Translations under genes and position numbers: made by a program
In this document: positions 1 to 10,107 of the stretch, piece by piece
How the letters are laid out: each line of letters opens with the position of its first letter
How positions within the stretch are numbered: position 1 is the first letter of the stretch
The notes under the pieces: model-generated
Told to the model about the DNA's origin: nothing
Seen by the model: the letters and a program-made list of their open reading frames with translations, nothing else
Database searches by the model: none
Source: an uncultured Bacteroides sp.
GTDB taxonomy: Bacteria; Bacillota; Clostridia; Oscillospirales; Acutalibacteraceae
Direction of reading: 5' to 3'
NCBI GenBank assembly: GCA_964528285.1
Contig: CAZGRZ010000003.1
Span: 813 to 64,812, forward strand
Length of the DNA: 64,000 nt

Positions 1-372
1 TCCTATGTCCTTCATAACATAAAGATAACCATTTGTTCCTATTGTTTTTCTGACATCCAATTTTCCTTTATCATTTAATGGCAGTTCAACAATAGGATTT
101 TGAACATAGCCTCTTACATTCCCTTCGCTGTCTGATACTGCAACGACTGAACCGGCAGGTCCCCCGCCATTCATTTTAAGTGTTATTGAGTCATCCTTGC
201 CTTTGAGCATATTTCCCATCATTGACGCAGCAGTAAGCAGACGGCCTAATGCAGCTGTATTAACAGCTGATGTCTTATGAATTTGCTCAGCCCTCGCGAC
301 AGTATCAGTTGAATCTGCTGCTATGACAAATGCGCTTGCGTCTGCAGCAATATATCTGACTATTTTACCCAT
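1..372 (-). CDS. hslO: Hsp33 redox-regulated chaperone, 5' part (runs off window start)
   Basis: Manual translation from ATG at 372: MGKIVRYIAADASAFVIAADSTDTVARAEQIHKTSAVNTAALGRLLTAASMMGNMLKGKDDSITLKMNGGGPAG, the Hsp33 N-terminal signature; TAATG overlap with upstream gene. Confidence 0.9.
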   Translation of the reverse strand, partial: MGKIVRYIAADASAFVIAADSTDTVARAEQIHKTSAVNTAALGRLLTAASMMGNMLKGKDDSITLKMNGGGPAGSVVAVSDSEGNVRGYVQNPIVELPLNDKGKLDVRKTIGTNGYLYVMKDIG

Positions 373-1103
373 TAGCTCACCTTTTTACAAATAAAATATA
401 ATCTTTCACTCTTTACATTCGGCGGGTTTTCAGTTAAATCATCATATATATTTATAATCTCAAAGTTATTGTTTTTGAGTGCTTTTTTCAGTTCTTCAAC
501 TTTATATGCTTTTTCCTTGAAATTTTCGCTGTATCTGTCATAATTTTCACCGTTATAAACAAAGAAATCAAGAAATATATCTACTGTATTATTACCGATA
601 TAAGAATTATCCCAGCTTAAAAAATAGTCTTTCTCATCAAAAACAAATGTGTGCTCTGCAAGAATTTGTTTATGCTTATACGGCGTATTAACATCAAATA
701 TAAATAATCCGCCATCATCAAGAGCATTATATGCACATTCAAAACAAGCTGAAACTTTATCAATAGTTATCAGATGATTAATTGAATCAAGAGTGCAAAT
801 GCAGTAATCATATTTTTCAGGCAGAGAAAAATCAGTCATATCCGCTTTGAAAAATTTAATATCAGGACATTTGTTTTCAGCTACTGTAAGCATATCTGAA
901 GATATATCAATACCTGTTACACAAAACCCCTGCTCTGACAACAACTTCGCAGCAGTTCCTGTCCCACATGCCAAATCAAGAACTCTTTTTCCGTTGTTGC
1001 CATGCTGAGAAAAAAAGTTAGAAATATAATTATTTCTAACTTTATAATCTGCGTTTTCTGTTAAAGAGTCATAAAAGCGTGCGAAGGTCTCATAGCTGCT
1101 CAT
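372..1103 (-). CDS. Class I SAM-dependent methyltransferase
   Basis: VLDLACGTG motif I, GIDIS motif II, GGLFIFD. Confidence 0.9.
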   Translation of the reverse strand: MSSYETFARFYDSLTENADYKVRNNYISNFFSQHGNNGKRVLDLACGTGTAAKLLSEQGFCVTGIDISSDMLTVAENKCPDIKFFKADMTDFSLPEKYDYCICTLDSINHLITIDKVSACFECAYNALDDGGLFIFDVNTPYKHKQILAEHTFVFDEKDYFLSWDNSYIGNNTVDIFLDFFVYNGENYDRYSENFKEKAYKVEELKKALKNNNFEIINIYDDLTENPPNVKSERLYFICKKVS

Positions 1104-1398
1104 TATTTTCCTGCTCTCTTATTCTTTCAAATATTTTATCATACCCATCACAACCGTATTGAAGAGACCGATTCACACGACTGATAGTGGCGGTTGATGC
1201 ACCTGTGGCATTTACAATATCAGTATATACACACTTTTCGGAAAGCATTTTTGCAACAACAATACGCTGGCTTATTGCTTTTAATTCCTGTACTGTGCAC
1301 AGATCCTCGAAAAAGTCATAACATTCTTCAATATTCTGAAGTGACAGAACTGCCTTAAATAAATAATCAAGATTATCATCCTGTAATTTTCTGCTCAT
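1090..1398 (-). CDS. YerC/YecD family TrpR-like HTH protein
   Basis: FFEDLCT...QR...TGASTATISRVNRSL signature. Confidence 0.9.
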   Translation of the reverse strand: MSRKLQDDNLDYLFKAVLSLQNIEECYDFFEDLCTVQELKAISQRIVVAKMLSEKCVYTDIVNATGASTATISRVNRSLQYGCDGYDKIFERIREQENNEQL

Positions 1399-1455
1399 AG
1401 TATCCCTCCGATTTACTCACATTGTAACACATTAAACTATGAAAGTAAAGAAAAA

Positions 1456-1481
1456 TTCCTGATAAAATAAATTATCAGGAA
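1456..1481 (-). terminator. Intrinsic terminator after lysA
   Basis: TTCCTGATAA/TTATCAGGAA inverted repeat followed by T-run on minus strand. Confidence 0.6.
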
Positions 1482-1486
1482 TAAAA

Positions 1487-2761
1487 CTACTCATTAATTA
1501 AATCTTTATAAAAATCAAAGCAATCAAATGTTGCGAAATAGTCCTCAACAGTTTCCGCTCTTCTAATCATTTTGAAGGTGCCGTCCTCTTTAAGGAGAAT
1601 TTCTGAACTTCTGAGCTTTCCGTTATAATTATAGCCCATTGAAAATCCATGAGCACCTGCGTCGTGTATAAAGAGATAGTCACCCATTTCAATCTCAGGC
1701 AGCATTCTGTTAATTGCAAACTTGTCACAATTCTCACAAAGTGAACCGGTTATGTCATATTTAAAATTGCAAGGTTTATCTTCTTTACCGAGAACGGTAA
1801 TATGATGATATGCTCCGTAAATTGCAGGGCGAATAAGATTTGCCGCGCAGGCATCAACACCGATATATTCCTTATGTGTATGCTTTTCATTAATTGCTTT
1901 TGTAATCAAGGCGCCGTAAGGACCAAGCATATATCTTCCAAGCTCTGTAAAAACAGCAACATCGTCCATTCCTTCAGGTATAAGTATTTCTTCATAGGCT
2001 TTTCTGACTCCGTCACCAATAACAAAAATATCATTAGGCTCTTGTTCAGGCTTGTAAGGAATACCGATACCTCCGGAAAGATTTATAAAAGAAATATGTA
2101 TTCCCAGCTTGTTCTTCAAGTCAACCGCAAGCTTAAAAAGAATTTTTGCAAGCATCGGATAATACTTATTTGTTACAGTATTTGAACAGAGAAAAGAATG
2201 AAGTCCAAATTCCTCAACGCCCTTATCTCTCATAATCTCAAATGCTTTGTATATTTGTTCTGTTGTCATACCGTACTTAGCGTCACCGGGGTTGTCCATA
2301 ATATTGTTTGTTATTTTAAAAAGACCGCCGGGATTATATCTGCAGCTCATCTTTTTGGGAAGTTTACCGCATACTTTTTCAACAGCCTCAATATGAGTGA
2401 TATCATCAAGATTAATTATGCCCCCCAAATCATTACAGTACTTAAATTCATCAATCGGTGTATCATTTGATGAAAACATTATATCATCACCGACAGCACC
2501 AACGGTCTTTGAAATCATAAGTTCAGGCTTTGATGAGCAGTCACAGCCGCAGCCGTATTCACGAAGAATATTTATTATAAAAGGATTGGGTGTTGCCTTG
2601 ACTGCAAAGTACTCCTTATATCCTTTATTCCATGAAAATGCTTTTTTTAAATTCTCAACATTTTCTCTTATACCTTTTTCATCATATATGTAAAAAGGAG
2701 TGGGAAACTGTGAAGCAATTTCTTCAATTTTTTCCCTCGTAACAAAAGCTTTCTTATTCAT
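1487..2761 (-). CDS. lysA: Diaminopimelate decarboxylase
   Basis: FAVKA PLP lysine, INLSGG, ELGRY, GSLCENCD, AGAHGFSMGYNYN. Confidence 0.9.
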   Translation of the reverse strand: MNKKAFVTREKIEEIASQFPTPFYIYDEKGIRENVENLKKAFSWNKGYKEYFAVKATPNPFIINILREYGCGCDCSSKPELMISKTVGAVGDDIMFSSNDTPIDEFKYCNDLGGIINLDDITHIEAVEKVCGKLPKKMSCRYNPGGLFKITNNIMDNPGDAKYGMTTEQIYKAFEIMRDKGVEEFGLHSFLCSNTVTNKYYPMLAKILFKLAVDLKNKLGIHISFINLSGGIGIPYKPEQEPNDIFVIGDGVRKAYEEILIPEGMDDVAVFTELGRYMLGPYGALITKAINEKHTHKEYIGVDACAANLIRPAIYGAYHHITVLGKEDKPCNFKYDITGSLCENCDKFAINRMLPEIEMGDYLFIHDAGAHGFSMGYNYNGKLRSSEILLKEDGTFKMIRRAETVEDYFATFDCFDFYKDLINE

Positions 2762-3359
2762 TCTTTAATCCTCCTGCACCACAGACAGCTTTTTCAATAT
2801 AATTTTTTATACCGTTCATTCCCTGACCGGTTACTGAAGAAAACGGCACAACAGGTACCTTCCCTGCAAAAGATAATTCTTCTTTTGAAAATTTTAATCT
2901 TTCCTCATATGCATTCTTTTTAAGTTTGTCCGCCTTGGTCATAACAATAATAAACGGTATATTCATTTTTTGCATAAAGCTAATCATACCCATATCGTCC
3001 TTAGTTAAAGGATGACGCATGTCAATCAACTGAACAACAAGAGCAATATTCCTTTCTGTTTTGAAATATCCTTCCATCAATTCAGAAAATCTTCCAAGCT
3101 CCTGCTTGCTGATTTTTGCATAACCGTAACCGGGCAGGTCAACAAATTTAACTCCATCAACATCATAAAAATTAATTGTCACTGTCTTGCCGGGAACAGA
3201 GCTTACTCTTGCAAGCTGCTTTCTGTTGAATAATTTGTTAAGAAGTGAGCTTTTACCGACATTTGACCTTCCTGAAAATGCAATTTCAATACCCTCACTT
3301 TCAGGTAACTGTGAAAAAACGCCGTAAGCTTTTTCAAATTTTGCTTTATTATAATTCAT
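2754..3359 (-). CDS. engB: Ribosome biogenesis GTPase YihA/YsxC
   Basis: GRSNVGKSS, DLPGYGY, TKAD; follows lon. Confidence 0.95.
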   Translation of the reverse strand: MNYNKAKFEKAYGVFSQLPESEGIEIAFSGRSNVGKSSLLNKLFNRKQLARVSSVPGKTVTINFYDVDGVKFVDLPGYGYAKISKQELGRFSELMEGYFKTERNIALVVQLIDMRHPLTKDDMGMISFMQKMNIPFIIVMTKADKLKKNAYEERLKFSKEELSFAGKVPVVPFSSVTGQGMNGIKNYIEKAVCGAGGLKNE

Positions 3360-3366
3360 AAACCAC

Positions 3367-5772
3367 CTATTGAGTAATTACATGCTGCTGTAATTTATTG
3401 TTATTAACAGTAATATTACGACCGTTATTATAACTTATCGGCTTCTCAAGTGCAATAGGAATTACCTCATCAAAATCGGATACCGCAATAAATTCAACAG
3501 CGTCCTTTACCTCATCCGATATTTCAGACAAATCCTTAAGATTCTTTTTAGGGATGATAACGGTATCACAGCCTGCCTTATAAGCCGCCATTGATTTCTC
3601 CTTGAGTCCGCCGATTGGCATTGTTTTTCCCTTAAGGCTAATTTCACCTGTCATTGCAACATTTGACTTTACTGCAATACCTGTAAGCTCACTTATAAGA
3701 GCGGTTGTTATTGCAAGTCCTGCTGATGGACCGTCTTTTGGAACAGCTCCTTCAGGAGCATGGATATGTATATCCTTGGTTTTATAAAAATCAGACTGTA
3801 TACCATACACATCGGATTTTGACCTTATATATGATACTGCTGTTTTTGCACTTTCCTTCATAACGTCACCGAGATTTCCTGTTAGTTCAAGCTTTCCCGT
3901 ACCCTGCAAAACAGATATCTCAATCGGAAGAAGTGTTCCGCCTACGCTTGTCCATGCCAAACCGTTAACCACACCGACCTGATTTTCCGGGCTGATTTCA
4001 TCGCGGAAATACTTTTTCTTACCTAAAATAGTTTCAACATTCTTATTTGTTATCCTTAATGATGTCTCACCGTTTTCAAGCACGACGGCTGTTTTTCTGC
4101 AAAGGGCTGCTATTTCCTTTTGCAGATTTCGTACACCGGCTTCACGGGTATAACACTCAATTAAAGTATAAAGAGCGTCCTCCGTTATTTTAAATTCCCT
4201 TGCCTTAAGATTATGATGACTCATCTCTTTTTTAATAAGATGTTCTTTAGCAATATGGAACTTTTCATTAACAGTATAGGAGTTAAGCTCAATTATTTCC
4301 ATCCTATCATAAAGAGGGGAAGGAATTGAAGAAGTATCATTTGCTGTTGTAATAAACAGCACCTTGCTTAAATCAACAGGGAAATCTATGTAATGGTCTG
4401 TGAAAGTATTATTCTGTTCAGGATCAAGTGCTTCAAGAAGTGCAGATGAGGGATCACCTTTATAGTCGCATCCAAGCTTATCAATTTCATCAAGAAGAAT
4501 AATGGGATTCATTACATCTGACTTGATAACCGCCTCAACTATCCTGCCGGGCATTGAACCGATATATGTCTTTCTGTGACCACGTATTTCTGCTTCATCA
4601 TGAACCCCACCGAGAGCAAGTCTGACATATTTTCTGTTCATACTTTTTGCAAGTGATTTCACTATTGAGGTTTTACCAACACCAGGAGGACCTGCAAGAC
4701 AGAGAATCTGACCGGTAAAATCAGGATTTCTTTTATATACGGCTAAAGAATCAAGTATTCTTTCCTTTACTTTTTCAAGTCCATAATGGTCCTTATCTAA
4801 AATCTTTCTTGCCTTTTCAAACTTAATTGTATCCTTAGTATACTTTCCGAATGGAATTTCAAGGCATTTATCAATATAATTTCTTACTACCGTACCTTCA
4901 TGAGAGCCGGAAGGCATTTTCATCAGCTTATCACATTCTTTTAAAAGCTTTTCCTTTATTTCCTGACTGCATTTAAGATTAATAATCTTATTTCTATACT
5001 CATCAGCTTCTTCTATAGGATTATCGCTTTCTCCCAAAGAATCGGCAATAACTTTCATTTCCTCCCGCAAATAATATTCGCGCTGATTTTTATCAACAGA
5101 TTCCTGAACTTTTTTCTGAATTTCATCTTCAATTTCAAGAGTAGATATCTCTTTTTTTAGCAAAACAAGCAGGCAGACTAATCGTTTAACCGGGTCAAGC
5201 TCCATAAGAACTGACTGCTTATCTGAATAATCCATAAAAGTATTGGAACATATGTAATCAGCAAGAGCACCGCTCTCTTCAATAGATATTACCTTGGTAA
5301 TTACATCACTGCTGATTCTTGAAATAAGAGACGCATATGTTTCAAACTCTTTTTTAACTGCACGCTGGTAAGCTAATTCTTCGCTTTTAACGGCAATATC
5401 CTCCGTACACTCAAGGACCTTCACAGCAAGGCTCATAAACGGCTTAGTGCCGGATAAAGATATTATCTCTCCGCGATTGACGCCTTCAACAACTACACGC
5501 AGATTATCACTGTTAGGTATTCTGATCATCTGCTTTATACTGCAAATGACACCAATATTATAAACATCATTAATATCAGGGTCATCAATTGATGCATCCT
5601 TTTGACAGACTAAAAATACTTTTTGGTCATTATGCATAGCCGACTTCAGAGCTTCGACACTCTTGCGTCTTCCGACATCAAAATGGAGCACCATATCAGG
5701 AAAAACTACAAGTCCCCTTAGTGGAATAACAGGTAATTCTGTTATATTCTGTGTTAAATTTGTTTCCATCAT
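3367..5772 (-). CDS. lon: Lon protease
   Basis: GPPGVGKT Walker A, KDGPSAG catalytic Ser, N-terminal LON domain. Confidence 0.97.
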   Translation of the reverse strand: MMETNLTQNITELPVIPLRGLVVFPDMVLHFDVGRRKSVEALKSAMHNDQKVFLVCQKDASIDDPDINDVYNIGVICSIKQMIRIPNSDNLRVVVEGVNRGEIISLSGTKPFMSLAVKVLECTEDIAVKSEELAYQRAVKKEFETYASLISRISSDVITKVISIEESGALADYICSNTFMDYSDKQSVLMELDPVKRLVCLLVLLKKEISTLEIEDEIQKKVQESVDKNQREYYLREEMKVIADSLGESDNPIEEADEYRNKIINLKCSQEIKEKLLKECDKLMKMPSGSHEGTVVRNYIDKCLEIPFGKYTKDTIKFEKARKILDKDHYGLEKVKERILDSLAVYKRNPDFTGQILCLAGPPGVGKTSIVKSLAKSMNRKYVRLALGGVHDEAEIRGHRKTYIGSMPGRIVEAVIKSDVMNPIILLDEIDKLGCDYKGDPSSALLEALDPEQNNTFTDHYIDFPVDLSKVLFITTANDTSSIPSPLYDRMEIIELNSYTVNEKFHIAKEHLIKKEMSHHNLKAREFKITEDALYTLIECYTREAGVRNLQKEIAALCRKTAVVLENGETSLRITNKNVETILGKKKYFRDEISPENQVGVVNGLAWTSVGGTLLPIEISVLQGTGKLELTGNLGDVMKESAKTAVSYIRSKSDVYGIQSDFYKTKDIHIHAPEGAVPKDGPSAGLAITTALISELTGIAVKSNVAMTGEISLKGKTMPIGGLKEKSMAAYKAGCDTVIIPKKNLKDLSEISDEVKDAVEFIAVSDFDEVIPIALEKPISYNNGRNITVNNNKLQQHVITQ

Positions 5773-5830
5773 AACATTACCTACTTAATTATATAAATTA
5801 TTACATTGATTATATAATATAAAAAATAAA

Positions 5831-5852
5831 AAGGCAACAATAAAGTTGCCTT
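5831..5852 (-). terminator. Intrinsic terminator after clpX
   Basis: AAGGCAAC/GTTGCCTT stem followed by T-run on minus strand. Confidence 0.65.
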
Positions 5853-5863
5853 AATATAAGGTT

Positions 5864-7156
5864 TTATGCATTTTTTAAACTTTGTATTGTTAAATTAACA
5901 GATTCCTTATGCTGATTTCTGACAATAATAGGCTCTGCATTATTAACAACAGTATCTTTTGTTATAGTGATTTTTTCAATTGTACTATCACTCGGTATTT
6001 TAAACATAAGCTCATTAAGGGCAGATTCAAATACACTTCTAAGTCCCCTTGCACCTGTTTTTCTCTCAAGGGTTGTATCAGCTATTGCAATTAGAGCATC
6101 ATCATCAAAATTAAGCTCAACTCCATCTAATGCAAAGAGCTTTTTATATTGCTTTACAATAGAGTTCTTAGGCTCTTTCATAATTCTGATTAATGCATCC
6201 TTATCAAGATTTTCAAGCACAGTTATTACAGGAACACGACCTATCAGCTCAGGAATGAGTCCATATTTAACCAAATCGTGCTGAGTTGCATTTTTCAATA
6301 TTTCTGACTCATCAAGCTCTCTGCTGTCAACATCTGCACCAAAACCGATTGAACTGCCGCCTATTCGTTTCTCTATTATTTTATCTATACCGTCAAAAGC
6401 GCCTCCGCATATAAACAAAATATTACTTGTATCAATCTGAATAAACTCCTGCTGAGGATGCTTTCTTCCCCCTCCGGGCGGAACATTGGAAACTGTACCT
6501 TCAAGTATTTTTAGAAGTGCTTGCTGGACGCCTTCGCCGCTGACATCACGGGTTATTGATCGATTTTCGCTTTTTCGTGAAATTTTATCGATCTCGTCAA
6601 CATAGATAATACCTTTTTCCGCTTTTTCGACATCAAAATCAGCAGCCTGGATTAATCTTAGAAGAATATTCTCAACATCTTCGCCGACATATCCGGCTTC
6701 TGTAAGAGTAGTTGCATCAGCAATTGCAAATGGAACATCAAGAATTTTTGCAAGAGTTTGCGCAAGCATTGTTTTACCGACGCCGGTAGGACCAATGAGC
6801 ATAATATTGCTTTTTTGAAGTTCTACATCATTATCAACGGCAGGAGTGTAAATTCTCTTATAATGATTATAAACGGCAACCGACAATGCTTTCTTTGCAT
6901 TGTCCTGCCCAATCACATATTCATCAAGCATAGCTTTGATTTCCTGTGGTTTAGGAAGAAACTCCGTTTCCTTATTATCGGTACTGTCTTTTATATTACT
7001 GACACTGCTTTCAGCAATAAGATTTCTGCAAAGTTCAACACATTCGTCACAAATGTAGGCATCAGGGCCTTCAATAAGCTTGTGCACAAGTGCTTCGGAC
7101 TTGCCGCAAAAAGAGCATCTCGCAATATTATTTTTTCTTGAATCTTCACGAGACAT
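5864..7156 (-). CDS. clpX: ATP-dependent Clp protease ATPase subunit
   Basis: CSFC..CDEC zinc finger, [21 protein letters not shown] loop. Confidence 0.97.
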   Translation of the reverse strand: MSREDSRKNNIARCSFCGKSEALVHKLIEGPDAYICDECVELCRNLIAESSVSNIKDSTDNKETEFLPKPQEIKAMLDEYVIGQDNAKKALSVAVYNHYKRIYTPAVDNDVELQKSNIMLIGPTGVGKTMLAQTLAKILDVPFAIADATTLTEAGYVGEDVENILLRLIQAADFDVEKAEKGIIYVDEIDKISRKSENRSITRDVSGEGVQQALLKILEGTVSNVPPGGGRKHPQQEFIQIDTSNILFICGGAFDGIDKIIEKRIGGSSIGFGADVDSRELDESEILKNATQHDLVKYGLIPELIGRVPVITVLENLDKDALIRIMKEPKNSIVKQYKKLFALDGVELNFDDDALIAIADTTLERKTGARGLRSVFESALNELMFKIPSDSTIEKITITKDTVVNNAEPIIVRNQHKESVNLTIQSLKNA

Positions 7157-7170
7157 ACTATCTACCTCGA

Positions 7171-7752
7171 TTATCTTTTGTCGATAACTTTATCAACCAA
7201 ACCAAACTCAAGTGCTTCCTGCGCTGAGAGCCAGTTATCTCTGTCAGTTGCCTGCGTGAGTTCTTCAACTGTTTTACCGCAGTTAGCAGCTAAAATTGAA
7301 TTAAGTTTCGTTTTAGTTTTGAGGATGTGCTGAGCAGCGATTTCAATTTCTGTTGCCTGACCTTCTGTTTTGCCGAGCGGCTGGTGAATCATTACTTCTG
7401 CATTAGGAAGACAAATTCTTTTACCCTTGGCACCGCTTGAAAGGAGAAAGGCACCCATAGAAGCTGCCATACCGACACATATCGTTGAAACATCACATTT
7501 AATATAATTCATCGTATCATAAATAGCCATACCGTCTGTTACAGAGCCGCCGGGGCTGTTAATATAAAGGCTGATGTCCTTTTCACTGTCCTGACCTTCA
7601 AGAAACAGAAGCTGTGCAACAACAAGTGATGCTGTTGTTGAATTTACCTCATCAGAAAGTACAATTATTCTGTCATTTAAAAGACGGGAATAAATATCCA
7701 TTGAGCGCTCGCCGGCGCTTGTTTGCTCAACTACATAAGGCACTAATGCCAT
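7171..7752 (-). CDS. clpP: Clp protease proteolytic subunit
   Basis: YINSPGG, AASMGA, MIHQP; start moved to MALVPYV. Confidence 0.97.
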   Translation of the reverse strand: MALVPYVVEQTSAGERSMDIYSRLLNDRIIVLSDEVNSTTASLVVAQLLFLEGQDSEKDISLYINSPGGSVTDGMAIYDTMNYIKCDVSTICVGMAASMGAFLLSSGAKGKRICLPNAEVMIHQPLGKTEGQATEIEIAAQHILKTKTKLNSILAANCGKTVEELTQATDRDNWLSAQEALEFGLVDKVIDKR

Positions 7753-7786
7753 AATAATCACTTTCCTTTATTTATTATTAATATAA

Positions 7787-9067
7787 TTATGCTTTTTTGG
7801 CAGAGTTAACAATTAAATCAACTGCTTTTTTGGTTTTTACATCTCCTGCAATCTGATCAGCTGAAAGTGAATTTTTAATCTGCTCTGCTTCCATCTGATA
7901 CTGTTCTGCAAGCTTATTTATCTCTGCTTCAATTTCTTCTTGACTTGCTTCAATTTTTTCAGCATCAGCAATTGCCTCAAGTGCAATTGATGCTTTTACC
8001 TGTTTTTCTGCACCTGTTCTGAATGATTCTCTGAAAGTATCCATATCCTGGCCAAGATAAGAAAGGTATGTATTGAGGTCAATACCCTGCATTTGAAGTC
8101 TATAGCTGTAATCTTTAACCATTTCATCAGTTCTCTGAGTAAACATACATTCAGGAATTTCACATTCCATATTTTCAGCGACCTGCTCTATTAACTGATT
8201 TTCAAAATCAGTCTTTGCTTCATTTTTCTTTTTCTCTGAAATCTGCTTTTTTATATCAGCTTTGAGTTCATCAAGAGTATCAAATTCCGAAACATCCTTT
8301 GCAAATTCATCATCAAGCTCGGGCATTTCCTTTACCTTGATTTCATGAAGCTTACATTTGAATACAGCATCTTTTCCTGCAAGCTCCTCAGCATATTCGC
8401 TAGGGAAAGTCACATTGACATCAAAATCTTCGTCAATTTTATGACCTGCAACCTGCTCTTCAAATCCCGGTATAAAAGAACCGGAGCCGAGTTCAAGCGG
8501 ATAGTTTTCACCTTTGCCGCCATCAAAAGCAACACCGTCAACAAAGCCTTCAAAATCAATTTCTACCGTGTCTCCCATCTGTGCTGCTCTATCCTCAACA
8601 GAAACCAAGCGCGAATTTCTGTCTCGCATATTTTCAATTTCCTTATCAACATCCTCGTCTGTAGCTTGAGTATCAGGCATTGTTGCTGTAAGACCCTTAT
8701 ATTCGCCGAGCTTGACATCAGGATAAACTGTAACCTTCATTTTCATTTCAATACCTTCAGATTTGCTCATAACAGGAACTTCAAGATCATACGGCTGGTC
8801 AACAGTTCTTAGACCTGCCTCATTTATTGCATCAGTTACAGCCTGAGGATAAACGATTTCAAGCGCCTCTTCATAAAAAGCACCCTCGCCGTATACCTTT
8901 TCAATCATACCCTGTGTTGCCTTTCCTTTACGAAAACCCGGGATTTGGATTGACTTTCTCTGCTTCATATACGCAGATTTACAAGCGTCAGTAAACACTT
9001 CGGGAGTAACTGTAACTTCAATTTCATAAGTATTTGTTTCAACTTTATTAGATGATTTAAGTGCCAT
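7787..9067 (-). CDS. tig: Trigger factor
   Basis: IPGFRKGK ribosome-binding motif, FIPGFEEQ FKBP domain; tig-clpP-clpX order. Confidence 0.97.
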   Translation of the reverse strand: MALKSSNKVETNTYEIEVTVTPEVFTDACKSAYMKQRKSIQIPGFRKGKATQGMIEKVYGEGAFYEEALEIVYPQAVTDAINEAGLRTVDQPYDLEVPVMSKSEGIEMKMKVTVYPDVKLGEYKGLTATMPDTQATDEDVDKEIENMRDRNSRLVSVEDRAAQMGDTVEIDFEGFVDGVAFDGGKGENYPLELGSGSFIPGFEEQVAGHKIDEDFDVNVTFPSEYAEELAGKDAVFKCKLHEIKVKEMPELDDEFAKDVSEFDTLDELKADIKKQISEKKKNEAKTDFENQLIEQVAENMECEIPECMFTQRTDEMVKDYSYRLQMQGIDLNTYLSYLGQDMDTFRESFRTGAEKQVKASIALEAIADAEKIEASQEEIEAEINKLAEQYQMEAEQIKNSLSADQIAGDVKTKKAVDLIVNSAKKA

Positions 9068-9143
9068 AATTATGACCTCCCAACAAATTTTCTAATCACC
9101 GAAATTGCATTATAACATATATTATAATCAATATCAAGATATT

Positions 9144-9830
9144 TTAAAACTTCTTGATTAAATACGGAATAAAATTCAATCTGTCGGCAGATATTAATTT
9201 AAAATCAATCCCGTTAATTTTATCATCAACAGCAAATTTTGCTGCCACACCGTGAAGATGCCCATAATAGCATTTTTTTATACCCTCCTGCGTTAACAAA
9301 TTTAAAATTTCATCACATGTTTCATTCATTGTAACTGGCGGATAATGAAGGAAAAGTATTTTGTCTGGTTTCCCTGCGGAATCAATGGACATTTTTATTC
9401 TGTTGATTTCACGATTGAGAACTTTTTCGTCTTTACTTTCATTTGAATCAAAAAACCATCCCCTGCTGCCGCAGATAGAAAAATCATTAAAATCAAAGCT
9501 GTTATTATGCAGAAATGAAATTGTATCAAATTTATTTTCAGTTAAAAACTCATTCATCTTTTTAACTGTATTCCACCAATAATCATGATTACCTTTAAGG
9601 ATTATTTTATGACCATTAAGCCTGTTGATAAAATCAAAATCCGCAGTAAGTTCACTGAAATTCATAGCCCAGCTTATGTCACCTGCAATAACGACATAAT
9701 CATCATTATTTACCAATTTATTCCAATTATTTTTTAATCTCTCGGTATAATCATTCCAACCTTCAAAAGTATCCATCGGTTTATTTGTGCCAAAGGACAA
9801 ATGAGTATCGGCAATAGCATATAGTGACAT
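9144..9830 (-). CDS. Calcineurin-like metallophosphoesterase
   Basis: DTH, GD, GNHD and GHLH motifs; start at ATG 9830 after AGGAG. Confidence 0.88.
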   Translation of the reverse strand: MSLYAIADTHLSFGTNKPMDTFEGWNDYTERLKNNWNKLVNNDDYVVIAGDISWAMNFSELTADFDFINRLNGHKIILKGNHDYWWNTVKKMNEFLTENKFDTISFLHNNSFDFNDFSICGSRGWFFDSNESKDEKVLNREINRIKMSIDSAGKPDKILFLHYPPVTMNETCDEILNLLTQEGIKKCYYGHLHGVAAKFAVDDKINGIDFKLISADRLNFIPYLIKKF

Positions 9831-9891
9831 TATTTCTCCTTGTATAAATCTTATTACTTCACAAATAATAATTGTGAAGGGAGTGAAAAAA

Positions 9892-10062
9892 ATGGATAAG
9901 GAAATCAAGGGAATCTCTTGTGAAGTTAAAAACTGCAAGTTCCACGACAAATCAGACAATTGTATGGCAGGTCATATTCATGTGGGTGACAGATCTGCAA
10001 CAAGCGTAACAGACACTGCTTGTGAAACCTTTGAATGCGATGACAACTGCACATGCCAGTAA
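9892..10062 (+). CDS. Small Cys/His-rich protein, DUF1540-like
   Basis: CEVKNCKFH...CMA..I.V.....T.CETF pattern; SD GGGAG upstream. Confidence 0.75.
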   Translation: MDKEIKGISCEVKNCKFHDKSDNCMAGHIHVGDRSATSVTDTACETFECDDNCTCQ

Positions 10063-10080
10063 TTTAATTATCGGTTATAA

Positions 10081-10107
10081 AAATACGGCTCAAAAGAGCC
10101 GTGTTTT
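10081..10107. terminator. Bidirectional terminator between convergent genes
   Basis: ACGGCTC-AAAA-GAGCCGT flanked by A- and T-runs. Confidence 0.75.
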